The notes under the pieces are model-generated. The model saw only the letters and a program-made list of their open reading frames with translations. It was not told where the DNA came from and ran no database searches. The position numbers and the translations under genes were made by a program. A DNA stretch of 64,000 nucleotides, from the NCBI RefSeq assembly GCF_963921235.1, contig NC_086107.1, positions 46,252,001-46,316,000 on the forward strand, in the 5' to 3' direction. Of this stretch, positions 1 to 13,514 are shown piece by piece. The stretch's first letter is position 1, and the number at the start of each line of letters is the position of its first letter. The stretch comes from Mobula hypostoma (taxonomy: Eukaryota).

Positions 1-1990
1 TTTATTGAGTATGCCTGCAAGAAAATGTTGCTTATGGTGACATATATGTACTTCATTAAAACCTGTATGGATGAGCTTGTGCCTACAAAGACTTACTGCA
101 CATTCCCAAACCAAAAGCCGTGGATGAACCAGGAGGTACGTTGTCTGCTGAAAGCTAGATCTATGGCATTCAAGTCTGGCGACCCAGGCCTGTACCAGAA
201 AACCAGGTATGATCTGCGGAGGGCTATTTTAAGGGGGGAGAGACAATTTCAAATGAGGTTGGAAACGACATCGGATGCATGGCAACTCTGGCAGGGTCTG
301 CAAGACATTACTTCCTACAAAGCGAAACCCAATAGCATGCATGGCAGTGATGCCTCACTACCAGATCAACTCAACACCTTCTATGCCCGTTTTGAGAGGG
401 AGAATACAACTACAGCTGTGAAGATCCCTGCTGCATCTGGTGACCCTGTGATCTCTCAGAGGCTGATGTTAGGCTGTCTTTAAAGAGAGTGAACCCTCGT
501 AAGGTGGAAGGTCCTGATGGAGTACCTGGTAAGGCTCTTAAAACCTGTGCCAACCAACTGGTGGGAGTATTCAAGGACATTTTCAACCTCTCACTACTCT
601 GGGCGGAAGTTCCCACTTGCTTCAAAAAGGCAACAATTATACCAGTGCCTAAGAAGAATAACGTGAGTTGCTTTAATGACTATCACCCGGTAGCACTCAC
701 ATCTACAGTAATGAAATGCTTTGAGAGGTTGGGCATGACTAGACTGAACTCCTGCCTCAGCAAGGACCTGGACCCATTGCAATTTGCCTATCGCCACAAT
801 AGGTCAACGGCACGTACAATCGCAATGGCTCTACTCATGGCTTTAGACCACCTGGACAATACAAACACCTATGTCGGGATGCTGTTCATCGACTATAGAT
901 CAGCATTTAATATCATCTTTCCCGCAAACCTGATTGAGAAGTTGCAGAACCTGGGCCTCTGTACCTCTCTCTGCAATTGGATTCTCGACTTCCTAATCGG
1001 AAAACCACAATATATGCGGATTGGTGATAACATCTCCTGCTTGCTGACGACCAGCACTGGTGCACCTCAGGGGTGTGTGCTTAGCCCACTGCTCTACTCT
1101 CTATATACCCATGACTGTGTGGCTAGGCACAGCTCAAGTATCACCTATAAGTTTACTGACGATACAACCATTGTTGGTAGAATCTCAGGTGGAGACGAGA
1201 GGGCATACTGGAGTGAGATATGCCAACTAGTGGAGTTGTGCCGCAGCAACAACCTGGCACTCAACGTCAGTAAGACGAAAGAGCTGACTGTGGACTTCCA
1301 GAATGGGTAAGACAAAGGAACACATACCAATCCTCATAGAGGGATCAGAAGTGGAGAAAGTGAGCAGTTTCAAGTTCCTGGGTGTCAAGATCTCTGAGGA
1401 TCTAACCTGGTCCCAATAGACTGATGCAGTTACAAAGATGGCAAGACAGTGGCTATACTTTATTAGGAGCTTGAAGAGATTTGGTATTTCAACAAATACA
1501 CTCAACAACTTCTATAGATGTACCGTGGAGAGCATTCTGACAGGCTGCATCGCTGTCTGGTATGGGGGGAGGGGCTACTGCACAGGACCAAAAGAAGCTG
1601 AAGAGGGTTGTAAATCTAGTCAGGTCCATCTTGGGTACTAGCCTACAAAGTACCCAGGACATCTTCAGGGAGTGGTGTCTCAGAAAAGAAGCGTCCATTA
1701 TTAAGGAACTCCAGCACCCAGGGCATGCCCTTTTCTCACTGTTACCATCAGGTAGGAGGTACAGAAGCCTGAAGGCACATACTCAGTGATTCAGGAACAG
1801 CTTCTTCCCCTCTGCCATCCGATTCCTAAATGGACATTGAACCCTTGGACACTACATCACTTTTTAAAAAATATATAGTATTTCTAGTTTTTGCACGATT
1901 TTTAATCTATTCAATATATGTGTACTGTATAAAGTACACTGAATAAGATTTACTTATTTATTATTATTATTATTATTTTATTTTCTTCTA
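1..1990 (+). mobile_element. Rex1/Babar-like LINE, 3' part of ORF2 (RT), decayed
   Basis: Fragments 25-483, 489-1310 ([33 protein letters not shown]) and 1438-1789, broken by stops and frameshifts; (TTA)n-rich tail near 1955-1985. Confidence 0.85.
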
Positions 1991-2242
1991 TATTATGTAT
2001 TACATTGAACTGCTGCAACTAAGTTAACAAATTTCATGTCACATGCTGGTGATAATAAACCCAATTCTGATTCTGATTCTTTGATAATAAATTTACTTTG
2101 AACTTTGAACATAAACACCGTCTTCAGTCCCATACTTTTCTCTTTACATGGTTGTTTTATCTTACCTAAAGACAACACACAAACTTTGAAAGAAGAGATC
2201 CTAAAGTGAGCTAAAAATTTATTACTGAACAAAATTTGACCA

Positions 2243-2550
2243 TAAGATGTAGGAATTCAGCCCATTCAGTCTGCTCTGCCATTCCATCTAGCAGATTTAT
2301 TATCCCTCTGAACTGCATTCTCCTGCCTTCTCCCCATAACCATTGACACCCTTGCTAATCAAGAACCTGTAAACCTTCACTTTAAGTATACCAATAACTT
2401 GGCCTCCACATCTATATGTAGCAATGAATTCCACCGATTCACCATCCTCTGGCCAAAGAATTTCATCCTCATTTCTGTTCTAAAGGGACATCCCTCTATT
2501 CTGAGGCTGTGCTCTCTGGTCCTAGACTCCCCTGTGATATCAAACAGTAC
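2243..2550 (-). mobile_element. CR1 LINE 3' end fragment
   Basis: Minus-strand [24 protein letters not shown] type motif, shared with other CR1 ends in the window. Confidence 0.75.
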
Positions 2551-2999
2551 TGCATACACGTTCACAAGATTAATCTTCCTGTCATCTGTACAGTAAAATT
2601 TCCTTTCAGCAACAGAGTATATTCTAATCATTGTTTTGCAGGACGTGAGTTTTGGGAGAGTCCTACCTCTCATTTTCAAAATCCGTCCACCCATGGTTTG
2701 GAACAACAGAGTCCTTTGAATGTGTATATAGTTGTTTCATGTCCTTAGGAAATAGAAAGCACTTTCTGCACCAAACACCTGAGGAGCAATTATTTGAAAT
2801 TAAATGTGCTGTATAATTGGCGTAGCAACACTCAGGTTTCACTGGATTAATAGACATTAGTTGTCTTTGTTTATTTAGAGATATAGCACAGTATCAGGCC
2901 CTTCCAACCCATAACCCACGTCACCCAAAGACACCCAGGTGACTGCTAACAGACTAAACTGTATGTGTTTAGAATGAGGGAGGAAACTGGACACTAAGA

Positions 3000-5697
3000 A
3001 CAAACACGGGGACCGCGACTGTCTGCCAATGGGGTAGCAGTACTTTTCTGCTGCTCTTAGTTTTCTTTCTTTCCCCCTAGTTTAAGCTTTGAATTTAAAA
3101 TTTTTACTTGTTGATTCTTGAGGGTGATCAATATGTCTATGTCTACAAGAAGTGGGAAGAATTTATCTGAACCTAGTGATAAAGGTAATGGGAAAGGAAA
3201 GGTGCAAAAGGAAAGATCTGACGAAATGCCATCGTGGGCTGAAGATATCGTTCGGACACTGAATTCAATTAAGGATCAGAATGGATCAATTAAAGACCAA
3301 CTGGAAAAGAATAGTAATGAAATGAAGTCATTTCTGGGAAAACTTAAAGACCTGGAAACTCAAGTTATTTCACACGAAGAGGAATTGAAGATAACTAAGC
3401 AAAAGCTGTCTGAAGCTACAACTCGTTTGGAAAGATATCAAAATAAGATTATAGACCTGGAAACTAGGTCTCGACAAAGGATTATAAGAATTGTTGGGCT
3501 GCAGGAAGGAGCTGAAGATGGAGATCTAACAGCTTATTTTGGTAAGCTTTTCCACACTTTATTTCCTACCATTCTATCAAAGCCAGCCGCCTGCTATACA
3601 AAGGGCACACAGGACGTTTATCTCAAAATCGAAGGACTCTGGTTTGCTTTGATCACTTTAAAATTAAAGATCAAATAATACGACAGGCAAGAAAACAGAG
3701 AGTTTTTAGATTTATGGAATCTGATCTCCGCTTCTATGGAGATTATCCAAGAGAGATAATGGAACAAAGATCAAAATTTGCCCTGATAATGAAACAAGCA
3801 TATGATAAGAATCTTTTCCTGTCTCTGAGGTATCCAACAAGACTTAAAATTTTCCCTCCTAATTCTCCTTGTCGTACTTTTTTTCATCCAAAAGCTGTAC
3901 TAGATTTGTTCAGGCTTTGCCTGCCACTGTTACTGACACCGCTGTTGAATGATCCACCTGAAAGGCTGTTTGGCTACTTGTATATTATTCGCATTTTGGA
4001 AAGAAGATTTATGAAGTCACTTGTATATTTCATCGAGAGACTAATTAAAGAACACGGGGAGTTGTTCTTTATTGCATATTATTGGTTTTCCTTTGGAAAG
4101 ATTTATGGATTAAGTATCTCTGCTCAAATGATCTCTGGACATTTTATGACTGAGGGAAGAAGATAAGGCGATTTGTTCCTTTAATTTAATACTTCGTAGC
4201 TAATTGGTAGTTTTTCCTACTAATAGGGCTTTTTATATATTTTTCTGTTCTATTATAACATTTTATAATTGAATTTAAAGCTTTTTTAGGGAATTAATAT
4301 TAAACTTAAATATGGCGCTGGTTTTTCTCTCTAAGAGATAACATTATTTTGGTTCTTTCTTGTTTATCAGTTGATGGAATGTAAATACCTTTTTTTCCTG
4401 AGACTTTATTGTCTTTTTCACAAGGTCACTCTACTTTTTTACTAAATGGGGGGAGGGAAAGAAAACACAGACAGAGCAGTCAGCAGCTTTGAATTCTATC
4501 ATAGATCGCCTGCCTTTTTCGGGTTTCCGGGTGTGGGTGGGTGGGTTTAGAGTTAGTTTTTTCCCATTGGTTGGTTCCGGAGCATGCGTGTTTTTTATTT
4601 GGTTGTATTCTTCATCACCGCCATCTTTGATCATCCTGCATTGGTATGTGCTTTGTGCATGTATAAAGTAGAATGAAATTATAGTATGCTGTTCAAACGG
4701 ATTAATATAATAAGTTGCAATGTATGTGGTTGGAATCATCCTATTAAACGAAAGAAGACTTTTAAAATTATTAACCGATTCCAACCTGATATAATTTTTG
4801 CTCAAGAGACACATATCAGGGTGAGAGATCAAAATAGATTTTTTAGATGGTGGAATGGTTTGCAATTCCACTCTACTTCTCAGAGTAAAACAAAAGGCGT
4901 GTCTATTTTCATTAAACCTAATATATTTATTCAAGAGGATATTGAATCAGATTCTAATGGTAGATTTTTAATTGCTAAAGGAACAATCTATAATAGAAAA
5001 GTTGTTTTGGTTAATTTGTATAGTCCTAACTTAGATGTTCCTTCTTTTTTTAAAAAGGTATTTGCTTTACTGCTTGACTTAAATGAATATATGTTCAGAA
5101 TGGGTGGGGATTTTAATTGTTGTTTAAATCCTATGATTGATAAGAGCTCAACCAATCAGCAACTTCCAAATCGATCCGCGTCATTTATTAATTCCTTTTT
5201 GATTGATTTTGGGTTGATTGATTTGTGGAGGTATCTTCATCCCGACAATAGAGAATATCCTTTCTTCTCACACGTTTATAAAAAATTTTCGAGGATCGAT
5301 TATATTATAATCGATCCCCGCTTCTTGCCTGGTGTTAAAACCTGCGAATACGACGCTATTGCTATATCTGATCATGCACCTCTGAGTTTGTCTTTTGAAT
5401 TTGATGATGTCACTCTTGCCCGCCCACCTTGGCCCATGTCTCAGACATTATTGCAAAACTCTGACTTTGTTACTTTCATTGAAACCCAGATAAAAGAATT
5501 TTTTCTTTTTAATGATATAGGGGGTATGTCTAAATTAGTTATATGGGATACATTTAAAGCATTTTTACGCGGTCAGATTATTTCTTATTCAGCTAAACTT
5601 AAAAAACAAACTAAAGCAGAATTAAATAGAATTTCAAAACAAATTAAAGATTTAGATAATATTTATGCAATTTCCCCCAACACTGATTTATTTAAAC
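3000..5697 (+). mobile_element. L1/Tx1-clade LINE, ORF1 plus endonuclease part of ORF2, 3'-truncated
   Basis: ORF1 coiled coil then LETRSRQRIIRIVGLQEG (3118-3678, 3714 onward). ORF2 APE endonuclease 4686 onward (CNVCGWNH, QETH, GGDFN, SRIDY, SDH). Element-like sequence stops near 5697; the 5' boundary is approximate. Confidence 0.85.
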
Positions 5698-6275
5698 AAA
5701 ATGTAGACAGAAATTTGATTCCCTTAAGCTGTCATGTTACCCATAAATTCTACCTTGAACACTTGTATGAAAAAAGTTGCTGGAAATTTGAAATAAAATC
5801 AGAAGCTCTTTCCCAGTTCTGCCAAAGAATTATTGATCTGAAATGTTAATTCTGTTTCCTCTTTCCTAGATGTTATTTGACCTGAGTGATCTCAACATTT
5901 CCTGTTCACTACCAGTGAATGTTAATTACACAATACCTCAATTTTGAAATTCTTACTACTTTTTTTAAATCAATGCTTCCATTGTTTTGCTTTGTCCTGT
6001 GGGTTCCTCTTCCCCACCACACCCTCAGGATATTTATGCTCCATAAGTCTAGCTGCTTGTTCATGCCTGAATTGAAGTAGCACACCACCGAGTTCCAGGC
6101 TTTCACGGAATTATTGTGCTTTCAGCTGTCAAAACCAATTTTCCTCTCTAACCCACTTGGCTGTCTACTTGTCTTTCTTTTCAGATTTTCAGGTATTCAG
6201 AGAGCAACACTTCCTCTGCCTTTCAGAAGTTTCTCCCAACTCCTTACAAGCTTCTTTTTGAAATCTTCCCTTATA

Positions 6276-9200
6276 CCCTCAGAGGCCACTTTATTGGGTA
6301 TGTCCTGTACCTAACAGTGTGACCAACGAGTGCATGTTTCTGGGCTTCTGCTGCTATAGTCATAGTCATAGTCATACTTTATTAATCCCGAGGGAAATTG
6401 GTTTTCGTTACAGTTGCACGATAAATAATAACTAGTAATAGAACAATAAATAGTTAAATAGTAATATGTAAATTATGCCAGTAAATTATGAAATAAGTCC
6501 AGGACCAGCCTATTGGCTCAGGATGTCTCACCCTCCAAGGGAGAAGTTGTAAAGTTTAATGGCCACAGGCAGGAATGACTTCCTGTGACGCTCAGTGTTG
6601 CATCTCGGTGGAATGAGTCACTGGCTGAATGTACTCCTGTGCCTACCCAGTACATTATGTAGTGGATGGGAGACATTGTCCAAGATGGCATGCAACTTAG
6701 ACAGCATCCTCTTTTCAGACAACACCGTGAGAGAGTCCAGTTCCATCCCCACAACATCACTGGCTTATGAATGAGTTTGTTGATTCTGTTGGTGTCTGCC
6801 ACCCTCAGCCTGCTGCCCCAGCACACAACAGCAAACATGATCGCACTGGCCACCACAGACTCGTAGAACATCCTCAGCATCATCCGACAGATGTTAAAGG
6901 ACCTCGGTCTCCTCAGGAAATAAAGACAGCGCTGACCCTTCTTGTAGACAGCCTCAGTGTTCTTTGACCAGTCCAGTTTATTGTCAATTCGCATCCCCAG
7001 GTACTTGTAATCCTCCACCATGTCCACACTGACCCCCTGGATGGAAACAGGGGTCACCGGTACCTTAGCTCTCCTCAGGTCTACCACCAGCTCCTTAGTC
7101 TTTTTCACATTAAGCTGCAGATAATTCTGCTCACACCATGTGACAAAGTTTCCTACTGTAGCCCTGTACTCAGCCTCATCTCCCTTGCTGATGCATCCAA
7201 CTATGGCAGAGTCATCAGAAAACTTTCGAAGATGACAAGACTCTGTGCGGTAGTTGAAGTCCGAGGTATAAATGGTGAAGAGAAAGTTAGACAAGACAGT
7301 CCCCTGTGGAGCCCCAGTGCTGCTGATCACTCTGTCGGACACACAGTGTTGCAAGCACATGTACTGTGGTCTGCCAGTCAGGTAATCAAGAATCCATGAT
7401 ACCAGGGAAGCATCCACCTGCATCGCTGTCAGCTTCTCCCCCAGCAGAGCAGGGCGGATGGTGTTGAACGCACTGGAGAAGTCAAAAAACATGACCCTCA
7501 CAGTGCTCGCTGGCTTGTCCAGGTGGGTATAGACACGGTTCAGCAGGAAGACAATGGCATCCTCAACTCTTAGTCGGGGCTGGTAGGTGAACTGGAGGGG
7601 ATCTAAGTGTGGCCTGACCATAGGCCGGAGCAGCTCCAGAACAAGTCTCTCCAGGGTCTTCATGATGTGGGAGGTCAATGCCACCGGTCTGTAGTCATTG
7701 AGGCCACTGGGGTGCGGCGTCTTTGGCACAGGGACGAGGCAGGATGTCTTCCACAATACAGGAACCCTCTGGAGCCTCAGGCTCAGGTTGAATACATGGC
7801 CAAGTACTCCACATAGCTGAGGGGCACCGGCTTTGAGCACCCTGGTACTGACACCATCCGGTCCTGCAGCCTTGCTTGGGTTGAGACGTTTCAGCTGTCT
7901 TCTCTCCTGTAGAGCTGTGAAGCCCACCGTGGTGGTTTCGTGTGGGGAAGTGGTACAGTCATGAGGGCAGGGTGGCAGACTGTGAGGAGGGGTAGGAGGG
8001 GAGAGTGGAATATATGTTGGTTGGCTCATGTGTGGGATGGGCAGGGGTCACACTGTCAAATCTGTTAAAGAACAGGTTAAGTTCATTGGCCCTGTACACA
8101 CTGCCTTCCCCTCCTCTGTTGCTAGTTTGCCAGAACCCAGTGATGGTCCTCATTCCCCTCCAGACCTCTCTCATGTTGTTCTGCTGGAGTTTCCACTCAA
8201 GCTTCCTCCTGTACCTGTCTCCCTGATCCTGGTTTTCAGGTCACTCTGTATTGCCCTCAGCTCCTCCCTATTTCCATCTCTAAGCGCCCTCTTTTTAGTG
8301 TTCAGGATGTCCTTAATGTCCTTTGTCACCCATGGCTTGTTATTTGAATAACAAAGGACAGTTCTTGTCGGAACATTGCAGTCCACACAGAAGTTGATGT
8401 AACCAGTGATGCACTCTGTGAGCCCATCAATATCCTCTCCATGTGGCTCACAGAGTGCCTGCCAGTCTGTCACCTCAAAACAACCTTGGAGCACCTCATA
8501 AGCCTCCTCCGACCATTTTCTCACTGTCTTCGAGTTTGCAGGTTTACTCTTCGCCAGAGGCACGTAGCAGGGTTTTAGTTGCACCAGGTTGTGATCTGAC
8601 CTTCCCAGTGGGGGGAGGGGGGAGAGGAGAGGAGCTGTATGCATCCTTAACGTTAGCGTACATCAAATCCAGAGTCCTCTCCCCTCTGGTTGTACAGCTC
8701 ACATACTGCGTGAAGTTGGGCAGTGTTCTAGCCATGGTAACCTGGTTGAAGTCACCCGAGATGGTAATGAGGGCACTCCGGTGCTGGGTTTGTAATCTGG
8801 CTATGACGGTGTAAATGATGTTACACGCCGATGTCGGGTTGGCAGAGGGAGGGATGTACACAACAACCATAATTGCACGCGAGATTTCCCTTGGCAAATA
8901 ATATGGCCGGAGTCCAACAACAAAAGTTCAATATCCGGGCTACAGACATCCTAACATGCCCAGGATTGCACCATCTGTTATTTACCAGAACCGCCAGTCC
9001 CCCTCCTTTATGCTTACCGGTCTCAGTGCAATTCCGGTCAGCTCGAACGGTCTGGAAGCCCTCTATGGAAACGTTTTGATCGGGTATGTCCTCATGCAGC
9101 CACATCGCAGTGAAGCACATGACACTGCTCTCCCGAACTGTTCTCTGACTCCTGACAAGTGCAGTCAGTTCGTCCATTTTATTCCCCAGCGATCTCACAT

Positions 9201-10056
9201 TTCCCATGATAAGAGAGGGGAGACACGGCTTATAACTTCCCTTCTCCAAAAGCCTCTGTTGTCTCGACCTGGTCCTCTTCCCTCGCCTTTTTGATCCTCC
9301 TCTGCATCCTCTGTGTGTTTTCCTCCAGATTTCAGCTGGTATGTCCGCTGCTCTGTTCGATAAACCAGCGGGCATGAGCGCAATCAATTGGTCCCTGGAA
9401 TACACAATGCGGCCATCCTGCTGCCACACTAACGAGACGTGTCCGAATGTAACTAATTCCAGCGCTAAAAAAACAAGTAAAACTCTCTCCACCAGCATGT
9501 TAGAGAGGGTGCAGCTTCAACGTGTTACCGTGAGAAAAAAAATACAACAAATTACTAAGTTAAAAAGTTTAAAAGTAAGAAACTGTGGAGCAACTGTAAC
9601 CGGCTGCATGCACGACCGGCGCATGTGCACAGGTTCAACCTGTTGCTCGGTCAGTGAAGCTCTTCTCCACACCACTGTTGTAATGCGTGATTATTTGCAC
9701 TATTGCCACTTTCCTGTCACCTTGAACCAGTATGGCCATTCTCCTATAACCTCTCTCACTAACAAGGAGTTTCCACCCACAGAACTGCCATTCACACCAT
9801 TCTCTGTAAACTCTAAAGACTGTTGTGCAGGAGGTCAGCAGTTTCTGAGATGCTCAAACCACTCCATCTGCACCGACAATCATTCCACAGCGGAAGTCAC
9901 TTAGATCACATTCCTTCCCCATTCTGATGTTTGATCTGAACAACAATTGATTCTCTTGGCCATGTCTGCAAGCTTTTATGCATTGAGTTGCTGCCATATG
10001 AGTGACTGATTAATAAGCAGGTGTACAGGTGTACCTAATAAAGTGGCCACTGAATA
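6276..10056. mobile_element. Non-autonomous Tc1-like element split by a Rex1 LINE
   Basis: Inverted ends CCCTCAGAGGCCACTTTATT (6276) and AATAAAGTGGCCACTGAATA (to 10056), each flanked by TA. Its own sequence is ~6276-6355 plus ~9640-10056. Confidence 0.7.
6356..9635 (-). mobile_element. Near full-length Rex1/Babar-like LINE (APE endonuclease + RT), frameshifted
   Basis: Endonuclease fragments 8821-9498, 8544-8897 and 8171-8644 (GNVRSL, SGDFN, RSDH); RT ORF 6518-8029 (GPDG, GAPQG, FSDD); (CATAGT)n tail at ~6356-6375. Confidence 0.9.
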
Positions 10057-10068
10057 TACTTTCACTCT

Positions 10069-10281
10069 TGACAGCATACAGTGAATCAGATTGAACTCTG
10101 ATTGAATCTCTCTCTCTATCTCTCTCTCCCCCTCTCTGTCTCTCTCTCTCTCTTCCCCCCTTTCTCTCTCTCTCTCTCTTTCTCCCCTTCTCACCCTCTC
10201 TCTCTCTTTCTGCCCCCTCCCTCTCTGTCTCTCTCTCTCCCCCCTCTCTCTCTGTGACAGCATACAGTGAATCAGATTGAA
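10069..10281. repeat. CT-rich microsatellite bracketed by a perfect 27-bp direct repeat
   Basis: TGACAGCATACAGTGAATCAGATTGAA at 10069-10095 and 10255-10281. Confidence 0.9.
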
Positions 10282-10720
10282 TTTAGAAAGCTTTCTTTCT
10301 AAGGTGTGGCAATCTGTAAATGGGACTTGAGCTGCAATTAATTCAGGGTTTGCATAACTCTACCATGCCATACACCACACTTCCTAAGAGAAGTGGGGAG
10401 AACTCACAATCTGCCAGTTATATGCTGGTCTAGGCAGTAACCAGTTTAGACCAGCACTCACAGTATAGCAGCACAGGAGCTGCTGCCTCACCAGAATTCG
10501 GGGATCAATTCCACCCTCCAGTGCTGTCTGCACACTCCCAGTGGCAGTGTAGGTGTCCCAAGTGCTCTATTACCTCCCACATCCTAATCACATGTAAACT
10601 GGTAAGCTAATTGGCCACGGCATCCTGTTCCTACCATGTAGGTGGTTGCTACAGTATGGAGGGTGAGAAGAGAAAGTGGAAAGAACAAATTATGATGAGT
10701 ATGGAGTCAGAAGGCTGAAG

Positions 10721-11340
10721 NNNNNNNNNNNNNNNNNNNNNNNNNNNNNNNNNNNNNNNNNNNNNNNNNNNNNNNNNNNNNNNNNNNNNNNNNNNNNNNN
10801 NNNNNNNNNNNNNNNNNNNNNNNNNNNNNNNNNNNNNNNNNNNNNNNNNNNNNNNNNNNNNNNNNNNNNNNNNNNNNNNNNNNNNNNNNNNNNNNNNNNN
10901 NNNNNNNNNNNNNNNNNNNNNNNNNNNNNNNNNNNNNNNNNNNNNNNNNNNNNNNNNNNNNNNNNNNNNNNNNNNNNNNNNNNNNNNNNNNNNNNNNNNN
11001 NNNNNNNNNNNNNNNNNNNNNNNNNNNNNNNNNNNNNNNNNNNNNNNNNNNNNNNNNNNNNNNNNNNNNNNNNNNNNNNNNNNNNNNNNNNNNNNNNNNN
11101 NNNNNNNNNNNNNNNNNNNNNNNNNNNNNNNNNNNNNNNNNNNNNNNNNNNNNNNNNNNNNNNNNNNNNNNNNTCTTNNNNNNNNNNNNNNNNNNNNNNN
11201 NNNNNNNNNNNNNNNNNNNNNNNNNNNNNNNNNNNNNNNNNNNNNNNNNNNNNNNNNNNNNNNNNNNNNNNNNNNNNNNNNNNNNNNNNNNNNNNNNNNN
11301 NNNNNNNNNNNNNNNNNNNNNNNNNNNNNNNNNNNNNNNN
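10721..11340. other. Assembly gap (N run)
   Basis: 620 positions of N with only a few called bases near 11174-11177. Confidence 1.
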
Positions 11341-11399
11341 TCTCTCCTCAGACTCAGCTCAACAGGCAAGAAGATGCAGAAGCTCTAAGTAGGATTCTA

Positions 11400-13110
11400 G
11401 CATTTTTTCTCTATATTTTGTCTGTTAGTGGGGTGAGAATAGGTCTAGGTTAATGGTATGTTATCTGTGCGACATGTGGGAATTCTGGGATACCTCCAGT
11501 CTCCCTGCATGAAGTGCACTGAGCTGCAGCTCCTTAGAAACTGGGGCAGCTCATTGACCTTCGGCTCAAACTGGAGAATGAGGAGGTGATAGAGGGGAGA
11601 CTCAGGGAGGTAGTCATCCCTAGGTTGCAGGAGGCAGCTGGCGGGGAGATTGATAGAAGAGGGATAGGAAATAGGCAGCCAGTGTGGAACACCTCTGTGT
11701 CCATTCCCCTCATTAATAAGTATAGCTCTTCAGACACCATTGAGGGGTTGACCTATCGGGGGGAGCTGCAGTGACCAGATCTCTGTAACTGAGTCTGGTG
11801 CTGTGGCTCAGAAGAGAAGAGAAGTGAGAAGGACTGGAGTAGTGATAGGAATAGAGACGAGATTCTGTGAATGTGATAGAGACACCCGGATGGTTTGTAG
11901 CCTCCCAGGCAATGTTCTCTCTAAGGTCTGCGCGTGTGTGCATGCACATATCTTTTGCTACTAGCACACAAAAGAATTTAAACTGCGCACAAAAGGTTGT
12001 CACCCTCTACCTCGTTGGCATGTTAAGTATATTTCATGATAATACACAATCACATTTCCTTTTCTGGATTGTGATGCCAACAGCGTTGACACAAGGAGTT
12101 TGCAATGATTTGTCTGCAGATTTTAGAACTGGCATGTTTATACTGCTTTATTGAAGAAATTATTCAGTATACACATGATGCTGTCACTGGGCAAAAAATT
12201 GCATAGCACAAGATTTTTGTACACACCAGTCACTTCAAATTAGAGGGAACATGGCTCCCAGGTGCCAAGGTCAGGGATGTCTCAGTTTGGGTCCACACCA
12301 TTATAAGGGGGGAGGGTGAGCAAATAGACACTGTGGTACACTTCGTTACCAATGACATAGGTAGGAAAAGGGAAGAGGTCTTGAGGAGAGAATACAGGGA
12401 ATTAGGTAGAAAGCTGAAAAGCAGGACCTCTAGGGTAGTAATCTCTGGATTGTTGCCCATGCCATACACCAATGAGGGTAAGAATAGGATGAATGTGATA
12501 ATGTAATAACGTAGATAAATGTGTGGCTAAGGAATTGGTGCAGGGGGCATGGTTTCAGATTTCTAGATCATTGGGATCTTTTCTGGGAAAGGTATGGCCT
12601 GTAAAAAAAGGATGGCTTGCACCTGAACCAAAGGGGTCCAATATCCTTGCGAGCAATGTTGCTGAAGCTGTTGGGGAGGGTTTAAACTAATTTGGAAGGG
12701 GTATGGGAACCAGAGTAATAGGGCTGAGGATGGAGCAGTTGGTAGACAAGTCAATGCAGCGTATAGTGAGATTGTGAGGAAGGATGGGCAGATGATAGAG
12801 CAAAGCTGCAGTCAGTGGGTTAAGTTGAAATGTAACATTGGAGCAAGATCAGTGATGAATACAGGATCGAAGCTATATTCAAATGCAAGCAGAATATGGA
12901 ATCAGGCGGATGATCTTGTAGCACAGTTAGAGATGGGCAGGTATGACGTTCTGGGCATTACTGAGACATGGCTGAAAGAAGGTCATAGTTGGGAGCTTAT
13001 CATCCATGGATACACATTGTATTGAAAGGACAGGCAGAGGGGTTGGGGTGGCTGTGTTGGTAAAAGAAATGAAATCAAATCCATAGAAAGAGGTGACAAC
13101 AGATGTAGAA
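11400..13110 (+). mobile_element. CR1 LINE 5' portion (ORF1 remnant and start of endonuclease), decayed
   Basis: REVVIPR, PLINKYS, SGLLP and YDVLGITETWL motifs in broken frames; parallels the CR1 5' region at 30300-31084. Confidence 0.75.
11910..12254. mobile_element. 345-bp hAT MITE
   Basis: TIRs CAATGTTCTCTCTAA / TTAGAGGGAACATGG, with 8-bp TSD CTCCCAGG on both sides. Confidence 0.9.
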
Positions 13111-13478
13111 GACCAACAAGTTACATTTTGTGGCAGGTCTTATTGGAAACCGGAGGTGAGATGAAAAAGAGACAGGCAGCTACGGCATGGTAACAGGCAA
13201 TGTTCCCTCTAACTTGTAATGATCAGTGTATGCAAAAATCTTATGCTGTGCAATTTTTGCCCAGTGACAACATTTATGCACTGAATTTTTGATTGGAAGT
13301 AAACCTGAAGCTATCTTAAGGATAGTAAACTGCCAAGTCCAGTTTGTTGTTTAAAAGAAATAAAATAATGCACAACAGTGAGTCTTACTTCTCATATACT
13401 AAACGACAACATGTAACAATACACATCAAAGTTGCTGGTGAACGCAGCAGGCCAGGCAGCATCTCTAGGAAGAGGTAC

Positions 13479-13514
13479 AGTCGACGTTTCGGGCCGAGAC
13501 CCTTCGTCAGGACT
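13479..13514 (-). ncRNA. Minimal type I hammerhead ribozyme motif in Penelope pLTR
   Basis: Minus strand AGTC-CTGACGA-AGGGTCTCGGCCC-GAAAC-GTC-GACT: intact core, stem I AGTC/GACT, stem II GGG/CCC, GUC cleavage triplet. Confidence 0.75.

Noticed and set aside
10676-11392. 238-aa and 220-aa ORFs in the track
   Set aside because: Artefacts of translating the N gap.
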